Shown in pieces: positions 1 through 12,268 of a DNA stretch of 64,000 nt; the stretch's first letter is position 1; every line of letters begins with the position of its first letter. A program made the position numbers and the translations under genes. Source of the DNA: the human T2T-CHM13v2.0 reference genome, Homo sapiens; assembly GCF_009914755.1 (NCBI RefSeq), contig NC_060931.1; one strand, given 5' to 3'. The notes below the pieces were generated by a model. That model had not been told where the DNA came from. It did not search any database and saw nothing but the letters and a program-made list of their open reading frames with translations.

Positions 1-29
1 TTTCCCTCACAGCTACAGACTTCTTTCAA

Positions 30-245
30 TAAAAGGTGTTTATCCCTACGCAATGTGTTGTATACAGCTTGTAGGCATTTATTTGCTTATTATTTAAGTC
101 TTTCCATTAGAACAAAAGTGGCTTTAGGATAAGAACTTGGTTTTAGCCTAAAACCAAGTTCTTATCCTAAAGCCGCTTTTGTTGTAGATAAGGCCTAGCA
201 CATAGAATATCCTCTTTTTTTTTTAAAGAATGAATAAATGAAGTA
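30..245 (+). mobile_element. L2 LINE 3' end fragment (ancient)
   Basis: ttccattaga...cctagcacatag...gaatgaataaatgaa resembles the L2 3' terminus. Confidence 0.55.
111..183. repeat. Near-perfect 73-bp palindrome (36-bp arms, 1-nt spacer)
   Basis: 111-146 is the reverse complement of 148-183 with one mismatch. Confidence 0.95.
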
Positions 246-464
246 AGGGAAAGCAAATATCAGTTGGTTGCTATGAAACTATTCCCTACTGGGATAGCTA
301 CATCCTCTATTCTCATGCTTGCCTGACCCCACAAAAAAGTCGGTTTATCATGCAATAATAAAAATTCCAGATAATTTCAACACACCACAATGGATCAGAA
401 AAGTCTATCATAGATAACTTAACCTATTTTATTAATTAGTAAGTTTATGTATTACTAACGGGGA

Positions 465-675
465 AGTAGAAATAATAAGAGTTCTGAAGTCAGACTACTT
501 CTGTTTTTATCCAAGATTCCCCTACAAGTTGTAGGGTCTTAAGCAGGTCCCTTAACCTCAGTGCCTCAAGTTCTTCATCTATATAATAAGGCAGTAAAAA
601 TAGACATCTAATAGGGCTGTTGCATTAAATGATAGAATAAAAATACTTAACACATATTAAATGCTTTATAATTGC
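465..675 (+). mobile_element. MIR SINE
   Basis: tctgaagtcagac...cttaacctcagtgcctcaagttcttcatctata MIR core. Confidence 0.7.
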
Positions 676-784
676 CATGATTTTAGAAATACATGGTCAT
701 TTTATTTCAGCAATTGCAGAAGCCACAAACAAAAACAAATATTAAGATGGATGCCCGTGAATAATTAACAATAGATGGATCCAC

Positions 785-920
785 AGTTGTGCTGTCCAAC
801 ACAGTGGTCACTAACCACATGCAGCTATTGAGCACTTGAAATGTGGCTAATCCAAGTTAACATACGTTTTAAGTTTGAAATACCAGATTTCAAACATTCA
901 GAACCACAAAAAAAGAAAAG
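785..920. mobile_element. MER3 (hAT-Charlie MITE) fragment
   Basis: tgtgctgtccaa...ccacatgcagctattgagcacttgaaatgtggcta. Confidence 0.75.
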
Positions 921-939
921 AATAAAAAAATACCTGCCA

Positions 940-1059
940 ACCCCCACATTATAGATAAGAAAACAGACTGAGAGGTTAAGGTACAGACCCAGTTAGGTCA
1001 TAGAACTGGGAGCCTAACCTAGGTTTCCTGAACCCCAATCCACAGTTTTTACTCTATCA
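940..1059 (-). mobile_element. MIR SINE fragment
   Basis: cccacattatagataagaaaacagac...agaggttaag antisense MIR core. Confidence 0.6.
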
Positions 1060-1291
1060 CAGGGGTGTCCAATCTTTTGGCTTCCCTGGGCCATATTGGA
1101 AGAAGCAGATTGTCTTGGGCCACATGTAAAACACACTAACACTAACGACAGCTGATGAGCTAAAACACACAGACACACACACACAGACACACACACACAC
1201 ACACCCTCATGTTTTAAAGTTTACAAATTTGTGTTGGGCTGCATTGAAAGTCATCCTGGGCTGCATACGACCTGTGGGCCAGACAAGCTTG
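1060..1291 (+). mobile_element. MER30 hAT MITE with internal (CA)n (1165-1204)
   Basis: caggggtgtccaatcttttggcttccctgggcca...gacaagcttg; perfect 8-bp TSD CTCTATCA at 1052-1059 and 1292-1299. Confidence 0.9.
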
Positions 1292-1525
1292 CTCTATCAC
1301 TACATTCCCCTTACCCACTGTTATATTCTTATTTGATTCTAGGTCTTCATTCACCTGAGCCTTACTAATGATAATCAAGGTAAGTGCTGAGGAGTTATTT
1401 AACAGGACTCTCCCTGAACATAGTAATAAGTAACTAAGAGAGAATTGGCAAGTCTTGTTGGTCATTATCTTCCAAAATTCTGCTTTAGGACTCTCTTATT
1501 CATTGACAGCGTCTGCCTCACTCAC

Positions 1526-1666
1526 TTCTCTGAGAGTGAAAAGGACCATGATAATAGCCTCTAATGGTCCCCACTAACAATGTAACCTCATCAAAAGCAA
1601 ATGTAAACCAATTATCACAAATAGCAGCCTGAGTGATCTCTGTGGCAAACAGCAATTGAGAGATGA
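1526..1666 (-). other. Possible 141-nt exon or conserved non-coding element
   Basis: Minus strand acceptor TTTCTCTTCAACTCTCTGCCTCCACAG and donor GAA/GTGAGT; one frame open but peptide not recognised. Confidence 0.2.
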
Positions 1667-2054
1667 CTGTGGAGGCAGAGAGTTGAAGAGAAATAGAAAC
1701 TTTAATGAGCCATTCTGAGAAGTTCTCATTGCAATAGAAAGCCATTCCCCCCAACACCCAGCCACCCACTAAGATCTGACAAAATCCAGGAGGTTTTGCA
1801 AACAAGTCTTCTCAGACATGTGCTATGGAAAAAAGGAGGGGAAGGAAGGAAGCTCAACACACACTGTGACCCTTTACCGTCCTACAAAATAGAAAACAGA
1901 GCCTGTCATAAGCCAGAGAAAATTTCTACCCAACGCTTTTCTACAAATAATTCCAGTGGACTATGTCAAATTAAATAATGAGGGACTCATTCTTTAGAAA
2001 CAGTATGATATCCCCTTGACTACCCTTAATATATGTCTAATGTAACAACTAGTC

Positions 2055-2275
2055 ATAATAGCTAACATTTATTGACCATTTACTACACACTCAGCACAAT
2101 TCTAACCTCTTTACATAGATTATTTTAATGTCAGCTCCCTATAAGGTGGGTTCAATGTTTTTTTCCAAATGAAGAAGCTAAAGCCCAGAGAATTTAAGAA
2201 AGTTACCCAGTTCACAAAATTTGGGGGCAGAACCAGGTATATCTGACTGATATGCTCTTAGCCACTGGCTACACT
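2055..2275 (-). mobile_element. MIR SINE
   Basis: ataatagctaacatttattga...atgaagaagctaaagcccagaga. Confidence 0.7.
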
Positions 2276-2369
2276 TGGGGCCAATCACATGATTTAATCA
2301 GCTTGAAGAGGTAAAAGCTCCTCTCCTCCCCATTTACCTTCAAAACGCCGTCCCATTCATGTTGTTTAT

Positions 2370-2625
2370 GTCATTGTGCCTTTGCACAGTTTGCTTCCTC
2401 TGCCTAGAATACCATAGAACCTAATTAAGACGACACCTCCAAGAAATCTCCTTCTTTCTGCTGCCCCCAAATTATGTCATCTTATCCTCTTTGTGCCACT
2501 TCTGTACCTCATACATACATCTGTCACTTGCTTATGTGGCCTTTTCCTTACTAGGATGCAGATTTCTTCAACGCAGATGCCAACCTTCAATATATCCCAC
2601 CTTAAGTACAGTGTTTGCTGGTGTA
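2370..2625 (+). mobile_element. L2 fragment
   Basis: gcctttgcacagtttgcttcctctgcctagaat typical of L2 3' region. Confidence 0.55.
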
Positions 2626-3349
2626 AATCATCTACAGTAGAAGAAAATTCACCATTCACTATTACTTTTTGAAGAATATATCTTGTCATAACCATTGAGC
2701 AAAGACTCCAGCACTGAAGCAAGTGAGTGAAGAGGAGGGAGCAGACAAAGCCTAAGAAAAGAATTCTAAGATAGCTGTATGTTGTCCAAATAATAAGTTC
2801 ATGGACAGACTCAATGAGGCCAAAAGAAGAGCAAAGGATTTCTTTGTTGAGATGCAGCATGGGTAGCTCTGTTTTGCAGATGATATCACTCTCACGCAGG
2901 AAGAACTTTGTGCCTCAGTACCATCTGGCATTTCATGGCACAGATCCATATGCTGAAGCCATATTTGCAAGAAACAGTGACTTTATGTTTATCACAAAGT
3001 ATTCCGACAGCCTCAGGAGCAGACAACTGTGAGCCAGTGTAAAAGCTTAAAGATGCTGACCAACTCATGCCACACAATGGCCTTTTCCAGCAGGCAGTAA
3101 GTGGTTTAACAGAGTTGCTTTCAGAAGAAGAAAATATGACATAAAATTACTTTCCTCAGAAATGTCTGAAGTTTTTGCTTTCTTTCTTGACCAGGTATTA
3201 CATGGATGAGAAGTGGCTATCTGCAAAAGAAGAAAAGTAGCAGCAGAAGGCAAGGGACTTTCAGCTCATCATCTTTGTGCACCATCCTTCTAGGATAAGG
3301 AGTGGCAGACTCTCAATATGATAAACATTAAGGTCTATCTTACACCTTT

Positions 3350-3930
3350 AATGTAGTTAGAATGCTTTTCACTGAAAGTAATAGAATCCTCAACTCAAAA
3401 CGCCCTGTTAAACAATAAGGGGGTGGGGGAGGGATTATTATCAGGTATCTCAAAAAGTACAAAAGTAAGAGAATTCCAGAGTTAGTTAATTTAACTCTTA
3501 AGTGAAGTATTTCAGGGCCCTGGCCTTTTCCACCTGTCTACATTCTCCACATGCTAGCTTTTGTCTTCTAGTTTACTGCCTCCAAAGAAATCCACATTAA
3601 CTGTGCAAAGCATCCTCATACAATAATAAACCAAAACTGAAGAAGAAAATAATTTTATTCTAAGAAAAAGGGAGAAAATTCTCCCAGAATCAGCATCCTC
3701 CTTCTGTCATATTTTCTCCCACGTATCACTGAAGAATTGATTCAAGTGTGCATTCCTAAAGAAATCAATGGGTAAGGGAAATGGAATATCACGACTGACC
3801 AATCAAGATTCACTCTGGGGACTCAAGAGGAACCCAGCCACCACTGTATAATAATAGGTGCCTAATAGCTGATTAAAACCAAGGATTTGTGAGAGAAGAA
3901 GGGTAGTCAGAGAACAGCCACTGGATAGGC
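3350..3930 (-). mobile_element. Old MaLR LTR (MLT1K/L-like)
   Basis: tagttagaatgcttttcactgaaagtaatagaa...aactcaaa and internal MLT1 motifs. Confidence 0.55.
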
Positions 3931-4750
3931 AACTAGCACTGCTGCTCTGTCCTGGCCTATCCAGTAAGGAGACCTGAACTAGCAAACTGTACATAAAAGA
4001 CTGAGACTACCACCTTCTAATAGCTAACTTGACATTTCCCTAACAAATAACAAAATTCTGCTCAGTACCTAAAACAGAAACATTAGCTGCAACCCACTTT
4101 AAAATAATACATTTCAAGTAAATTAAATTATATTGATTAGTTATTGCATTTATATTCATGTATTTAGGGACATAAAATGCAAGGATCTTATTACTCCTTT
4201 TATAATAAAAATCATTTTATATTTATTACCTTCTTTAAACTTACCAAATTTTAGTGGCAAAAATGCCATGCTAACTTCAATACATCATTGTTAACAAATT
4301 TACATTAGCAAATTCAAGGATTTGTGAGGATTAAACAGATAAAAGCCCTCTTCAGGATTGGCATTAAAAAAACTGGATATCTACATTAGGGTGACATAAA
4401 TACATGCTTCAGATTTTTAATTCTAAAAGCAATTCTGATTATACATACAGAATGCTGCTAATAAGAAAAGGCAAATTTTTAGCACATTTGTTCACCTGTG
4501 AGGTTAAAAAAAAAAAAAAAGAAAAAGAGAGAGTATGTAACTTCCCCAGGAAGAGGGACAAGAAAATGGAAGTTTATTCTATCAGTTACAAAGCTATCAT
4601 TCAAGTAATTATCAAAGAAACAATAAACAAACTGAAAAATAAAGCTATTTTAAAATAAAGCCTGCTTCTGGGGCTAGTTTAACTGAATGACTATTGTATG
4701 CTACACTGCTGAGTCTCAACAGTATGCCATGGCCCTTCTTTCACATCAGA

Positions 4751-4950
4751 TAGGGGTGCCAAATTAAATACAGAATTCTCATTTACATTTGAATTTCAGG
4801 TAAACAATATGTCATTTTTGTGTAATTATTTCATCATCAGTGCAGAATAAATTTTTAGTATAAATATGTCCTATGCAGTATTTGGGATATATACTAAAAA
4901 GAATCCATTATTTAACTAAAATTCAAATATAATGGGCAACCTATATTTGC
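4751..4950. mobile_element. MER53 hAT MITE
   Basis: taggggtgccaaattaaataca...tttgaatttcagg...aaattcaaat. Confidence 0.7.
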
Positions 4951-5264
4951 ATTCGTATTGTGTCTTCTGATGCCCCCTCTTTCTATGTCTTTGACAACAT
5001 CTTCCTTTGTTCTTTGGATTGTCCTGTTTCTATGCCCAGTTATAATGCCTTTGTCTCTTAGGACTTAATAATGTCTCCTGGCTCCAGTCAGCTCCAATTT
5101 CTTAATCTTTTCAGTGTTGTCTGAAAAAGCAGCTCAAAGGAAATTTCCACAGCAGAACTTGACATCCTGTGCAATACTAAAACCAGACAAATAGATGACA
5201 CTAAGAGACATGTGTGATCATTTTTAAAGAAAGAAGAACAAGTGAACAAATCCCAAAGCCAGCT

Positions 5265-5420
5265 AATTACAATCCCCTGAAGAGCTTTTTTTAAAAAATG
5301 CAGGTACGAAAGACCTACCCCACACCTACTATTTCAGAATTTTGAAAAGAGTGGCCTGGAAAGCTGTATAGTTTTAAAGTTCCTGAGGGAGTCTGATATT
5401 CAGCTATAGGTTTGGGATTT
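5265..5420. mobile_element. MER5-type hAT-Charlie MITE fragment
   Basis: aatcccctgaagagctt...ccccacacctact...cagaat. Confidence 0.55.
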
Positions 5421-5695
5421 TCTGGAGATGGTAATTATGAGTTAAGAAATCTACTAAAAGCTGAGGAGAGCTCAGTGAGTAGATTTAGACTTAAACAACA
5501 GAATGCTGAACCCCTAAAATTTTTTTTGGACCAACATAAAAACGAAAAGATAAATATATGGGACACACAGGATAAAACTCAAACCGATTTTTAAATCAGG
5601 CTTTCACTCATGACAAAGAAATATGAGGAGATTCATTTTCTGGTTTGTATAATTATGAATCATATTTTAAGATATAGGCATTTCTCTTTGTTACT

Positions 5696-5792
5696 GTTTT
5701 TTGGTAGAGACAGGGTCTGCCTATGTTGCCCAGGCTGTTCTCAAACTCCTGAGCTCAAGGGTTCCTCGAGCCTTGGATTCCCAAAGTGCTAG
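5696..5792 (-). mobile_element. Alu monomer (FLAM/AluJ fragment)
   Basis: gtagagacagggtct...tgttgcccaggctg...ctcctgagctcaag...cccaaagtgct. Confidence 0.85.
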
Positions 5793-6461
5793 GCGCTTCC
5801 TAAGAGTCTATGTTTTGTCTGCTTGGAAAACAATCTAAAATGCTAACATCTATGCAAATTTCTCATTAGAAATAATGATTTAAAAAAATCATGTCGAGGG
5901 AATGGGTAATGAAATAAGGGCCCCCTAAAGTTTATGCATCTATTCCACTAAGTGGAAGACTGAGAGCATAGTTTCGTGGAAACTGAAAGCTTGATCTCCT
6001 TCACCTGATATCCAGGACAATTCTCCCTCACACACAACCTCCCTGAATCTTGCAGAATGTAAATGATGACCTTTTGTCAAAACCTACAAGAATAACTTTT
6101 TGTAACAGAATACTGACATATCATAAGAAATTAAAGTAATTCAAACAAACATGAAAAGGGTCTCACAATACACACGGCACATACAAGTCTCCACAGCCAA
6201 CAGAAACCACAAGGATGGAGAAGGGTCACTGCACACTGCCTTTCATGAGTGACCACATATCCCACACACTGCCACATGCTACACTGATCCAAAGAGAAAA
6301 CCTACACAATACTAAACATATTAACAAGGCTGCTACGCAGTGAAATGCTGTGTAACTCAGGCTATGGTATATGCATTTTGGTCCTAAGTGTATTGGTAAA
6401 AGGTATGCCTTTGGCTCCTCCCATCTGCTGCCCACCTACTGACAGATATAGGGCCAGGTCA

Positions 6462-6553
6462 AGTCCTTATTTACTCCCATTAGCATTTAGAAGCATTATC
6501 CTGAAGAAGAGCGAGTCCTTAGATACTCCCATTAGCATTTAGAAGCATTATCC
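6462..6553. repeat. Local tandem duplication, period 52
   Basis: agtcctta..tactcccattagcatttagaagcattatcc at 6462-6501 and 6514-6553. Confidence 0.9.
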
Positions 6554-9019
6554 ACTCCATTTTATAGGAGAAACTTGAATTCACAAAACAGATGTCCAAG
6601 AAAACTCAAGAACACTCAAAACGAATTCAGGAAGCTAAAAACTGAAAGATAATCTAGGATGTGAATAAATAGAATAGAAAAACTTAAATATTTTTGTGCT
6701 AAAGTAGATCTGAATTTTTTTCATACTGCAACACATTACCTAACATTAGTTTCTTTCTCAGTTAATTTCTCTTGCACAAAATTCTATTAAGAAACCCTGT
6801 TTACTCTATAAAGATATCTACTTACATTTTAAATTATAGAATAACTCAAAATTATCTCTATAGCAAAGAACAGATAAACAAAACATTCTCATACTTTCTG
6901 GAAGAGCTTTCTGAAATCCTGAGTATTATAAATCTCTGAAATGTACCTGGATAACACTGTGAAATTTGGCAATAAGGTAGAAAAACATTTATAACCTCAA
7001 TTGAGAAATTAAAGTTATTAAAGAAGTTAAAAATATAATTTAACACTAAAATTGTTTGCATATTATAAGGAATTACATGAAGTAATGAAGAAAATGTCAA
7101 TACATAGGGCAAATTTTACATAACCCAAAGACATAGATGTGATAGTTTGTGGCTCCTCACATCTTCCCAAACATTAGTCATACACCCTACCTTTGCCTAC
7201 CAAAATGCCTAGTGTTCTACAATGACAAACCCTTTCAGTTATGGTATTGTCTTCAGAACTCTTTCCCTGTGAAACTTCCTACAACAGGTTAATATATAAA
7301 CCCCTCAGTCCTTTGAAGTATGTAACAGCTTAACACTAGCTCAACTGACTGATAACCTGCTCCCAAAAAAGAATAGGACGCATCAAGTAATAATTTTCCT
7401 CGTTTAGAAATTGAGCGGGGCACATAAAAGAGAAAAGAAAGACAAACAAGAGAGGGCAGCCAAATGGTTGTAGAAAGGAAGGAAACAAGAAGAAGATGGA
7501 GAATAAATGGGAGTTCTTAATAAGATGCTGAGATTGGAAATTCTGCTCTCCAAAGGGAGACACCCCAAGAAAGTGACACACAGATATTCTGGCAGTAGAT
7601 CAAAGTTATTCAATGGCCCCGGGGTAAAATGATTACTTATTACTGAAACCAACTAGTACCTATTACATAAATTAGTTTAATAGTGCTCACATCTTACAAG
7701 CACATTTTTGAATTAAAATCTAGTAGGGTATAATTAAGTCAAAGATTACTTTTCTAGGAAAAAGAGATGCATTTTATGCTACATACACATGGAGCACAGA
7801 AATTCATTCTCACATTATTCATTGTTTAAGTCTAAAGCCTTTCACATCACTTCTCTATGACTACATTCACCCTACAGTTTTCTAAATACATGCAAAGAGG
7901 AAACTTTAAACTTTTTTAAAGCAATAACTGCCTCAACTTTTATTTAAAGGGACTAAGTTCCAATTTGGTGTTTATTCAAACATCCAGTAATTCAATAACT
8001 CAGCAAATATTTATTGAGAACCTACTACATACCTGTACTCCTACAGTGATGGGGGAGACAAAAAGTGAGATAAACCTAACCTTAAATAATGGTTTAGTGA
8101 TATTTTGGGAAAAGTACACCTCATTTTCCAACACACTGTAAGTTAAATGGAGACATTTTGAAAGGAATGTTCAAATACAGTTATGATTGAAGAAAGTAAA
8201 ATTTTCTTTTCCTATGATCTTGGTTTGTAAAACAGTACACTTTAGCCAACAGCTATGGCTGCCAAAAATTAGATGACAAATCTAAAGCAAGCTCAGTTGT
8301 ATACATATAAACACACGAACGCTTGCATGCTCTTGGGGACATACACACTTACTCCCCTACTCACCCACTGGGGTGTTGCATATTTCACAGAGCACAATTT
8401 GCCCAATCAATACACTGCAGGTCACCAAAAACTTTTTTTTTTCCCTTTTAAACAACCATTCAAAAGTTTAAAACAGTTGAATTTTAACATTATTTAAACA
8501 TTTTCCTCCATAAACCTTCTTAATTTTCATTTTGGCTAATAGGATGTGGTGCAGAGCACTCCCCACCAGGTAGGAGCTGTGCAGTGTTACACAAAACTGT
8601 GTCTCTCCTTAACCTCCCACTAAATCCTTCAGTCAGTAAGGTTGAGTCACAATTTATCACTCAAAAAGTCTTTGTTTACATGCAAATGTATTTAGTTTTC
8701 ATTGCAATTAATTTGCTTTTGCTTTTCAAAACTGTCCCTATTAACAAAGTAGTGCTGTTTATCATTACCACTATTACTAATTTTTCTTATTATTAGATTC
8801 TTAAATTTTAAATTTTATCAGTTGGTATTTCTTTATCCACTTCTGCTTTTGTTTTATTTGTTAACCAAAGTGTGACTCTTGAAGGAATTTGATAAATAAG
8901 TTAGAAAAATGTTTGCTTCTAAGGTAAATAATCAATGAAATTTAATTAAAATGACTTACTAAAAGGCCTTGACAGCATCAGAATATGTAATTTTGAAACT
9001 TTTGTTTTCATGAAATGTC

Positions 9020-9316
9020 TTTTTTCTTTTTTTCTTTTTGAAATGGAGTTTTGCTCATCACCCAGACTGGGGTACAATAGCACAATCTCGGCTCACTGCA
9101 ACGTCCGCCTCCCAGGTTCAGTTGAGTCTCCTGCCTCAGCCTCCTGAGTAGCTGGGATTACAGGTGCCCACCATCACGCCCGGCGAATTTTTGTATTTTT
9201 AGTAGAAACGGGTTTCACCAAGTTGGCCAGGTTGGTCTCAAACTCCTGACTCAGGGGATCTGCCTGCCTCGGCCTCCCAAAGTGCTGGGATTACTGGCAT
9301 AAGCCACCACACCCAG
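9020..9316 (-). mobile_element. AluS full length
   Basis: Poly-T head, dimeric Alu in antisense. Confidence 0.95.
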
Positions 9317-11160
9317 AGCCTAATTTTCAAACTTTTAATCTTATGAATGTAATAACACATAATGTAAATGTCTAAATTTTAATTACTGAATTAAATGAAA
9401 ATGTATACCTCAGTATCTCCTGATGCTACTTTTAAACATTTCCAAATAGTCTGTTTTAAAACATATTCTTAAGAACATAGGAGAACTTAATTTTTTTAAT
9501 CAAGTTTCTGAATTCATAATGGCTCATAGTCTCCTTTAGAACTTTATATCTAAATAGATTTAATTTTTACAAATCTTTGTCCATTAAGACAGGCAGCTTC
9601 ATTTTTGTTTTTAAATGAAGAATGTCTTCAGATAATAGTAACAAATAAAAACATTTGCTACTGAGCAGTATGATGACAATTACACCAAATCTAGATTTTA
9701 GATTTGTATATTCTAATGATTCTTTCCTGCAGTCTACATGTCTTGTTTTGCATGTTGCATGTAAACATTATCAAGTTATGCCAAGGTACCAAGCAAACCA
9801 TGCTGACGTCTTTCCTTAATAAATTCATCTTAAACTTAAAAGGCTATGAAGTTTAAGATCTTCAAAATTATTTTATGAACTAGGGCATATAACTACCAGA
9901 CTGAACTAAAGTCATGCAATGAGTAGCTAAAACCAAAATGCCTCACATCAACTACAAAATCACTTTTTCTTTATCAGCTATATATTATCAACACTGTATT
10001 GTATTTGGGACCAATGAAGCAAAGAATATTGAAAGAGTATCAGTTGTCAAAATGTTTAATGAAGACAGAGCTGTCAGATGACAGAGACGACACTAATTCA
10101 AAAGATTATTAAAACAAAAGAACTTCCAGTACATAAAATGAATCCCCAGATGTTAAAAATGGTCCTATTTTAAATAAAAATGAAAATCCCTGAAAAGTTA
10201 TGCTTGGAAGAACACGATTTGTTTTGCAGAGAAAAACCCAAACAAACTACTGGGAACAAAATTTAGAGAGGCTAAAAAAAAAAAAGGGAAACTGATAAGA
10301 TATTTCATAAACAAGGCCTATGTTTGTGTTCTATACTGATAGGAATATGTAAAGGCTTTGAGATCAAGAGCTTATTCTGAAAACACTGCAACTCAAGTAA
10401 CACCTAGTTCTCTTCCAAAGAATCTTTGCGATGTAGACGTTTTCCTGGATTCCACATTAAATTATGTTAACAAAATAGTGAATATAATAAAATCCAAGCT
10501 GCTACTGTCCCATCTGTTTTCAGCTTTTATGTGAAAAGTGGGATCAGAACATCATTTGTTATTGTTTCCTACCACAGCACACTGATGATACAGAAAAGAG
10601 TTTAGGTTTAATCAGGAGTTTATGAGCCAAATGTTGAAGTTTTTTAGAACACTGAAAATACTTTATTTTCCCTTTCAGATTCATTGAATAGTTACTGGTT
10701 ACAAAAGGCGACTAACTTAACTGGCAGTGGAACACCACAATGAACTAAAATTATACAAGGACTTAATTAATATATATATTGGTATGTACCAAGTTTATGA
10801 ATTCAAAACAAAAATCCAACTTAGAAAAAATCAAATGTTGCTTAGTTATCATTTGTATCCTAATACTGTAGAACATCTAAATATACAATAGTCATTACTT
10901 TCAAATTTTTGATATGAGAAGGTTCAATTCAATTTGAAATTCATTTACATTATCAAAAGAAATGTATACAACCACATTTCTTAGGAAAGAGATGTCAAAA
11001 TTTAAAGAATAAAAATAAGAAGTTATATTTTTAAAAAAGGAAGACATAGATGTTACAGAATAATGTACCCTTGATATATAATTGAATTTCCAAATACTCT
11101 GATGTTATACTATGTCATAATCAGCTATTATTTTAAAAATGGCATAAATTCTTTCCCAAG

Positions 11161-11508
<348 letters not shown>

Positions 11509-11682
11509 TTAAGTGCAGTATGAAAGGAACCACCACACTGCACAACTCCACGGACACCTTTGACAATGATAAGTGTGAGTGCTACTTCCTGAGCAGACCT
11601 GTATATTACACAAAGGTGGGGAAGCTCTGAACTGTTGACCAAAGGGCAATGTTTTTGAACAATGCTGGTCTTCTTCTGTTAA

Positions 11683-11991
<309 letters not shown>

Positions 11992-12207
11992 AGGAATGTT
12001 TTTTAAAGCATTCTGTACTACAATAAATTTAGCACCCCAGGGATGGTAATGTTTCTGGTTGAGATTCTGCCAAACTAAGAACTCTCGTTCCTGATCTAGA
12101 TGCTTTGTGGTGATTTATGTCATAATTTTAGGCAGCCCTGACACCCATGTCCTAAAAAATAGGCCCAAATTTTAAAAATTATTGATCAACACTCTAGTAA
12201 CACTTAC

Positions 12208-12268
12208 GTTTGGACGTTCAATCCCTAGCTGAGTTTTTTAAAACAACTGACTAACAGCTACTAGATGC
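12208..12268 (-). other. Candidate 61-nt non-coding exon (5'UTR, lncRNA or poison exon)
   Basis: Acceptor TTTTTCTTTATTTCTCCTAATCGACAG/G, consensus donor AAC/GTAAGT, retained CpGs; stops in all 3 frames, no ATG. Confidence 0.6.

Noticed and set aside
10679-10781. Possible plus-strand exon (TTTTCCCTTTCAG ... TTG/GTATGT)
   Set aside because: Isolated, opposite to the inferred transcript, no other evidence.
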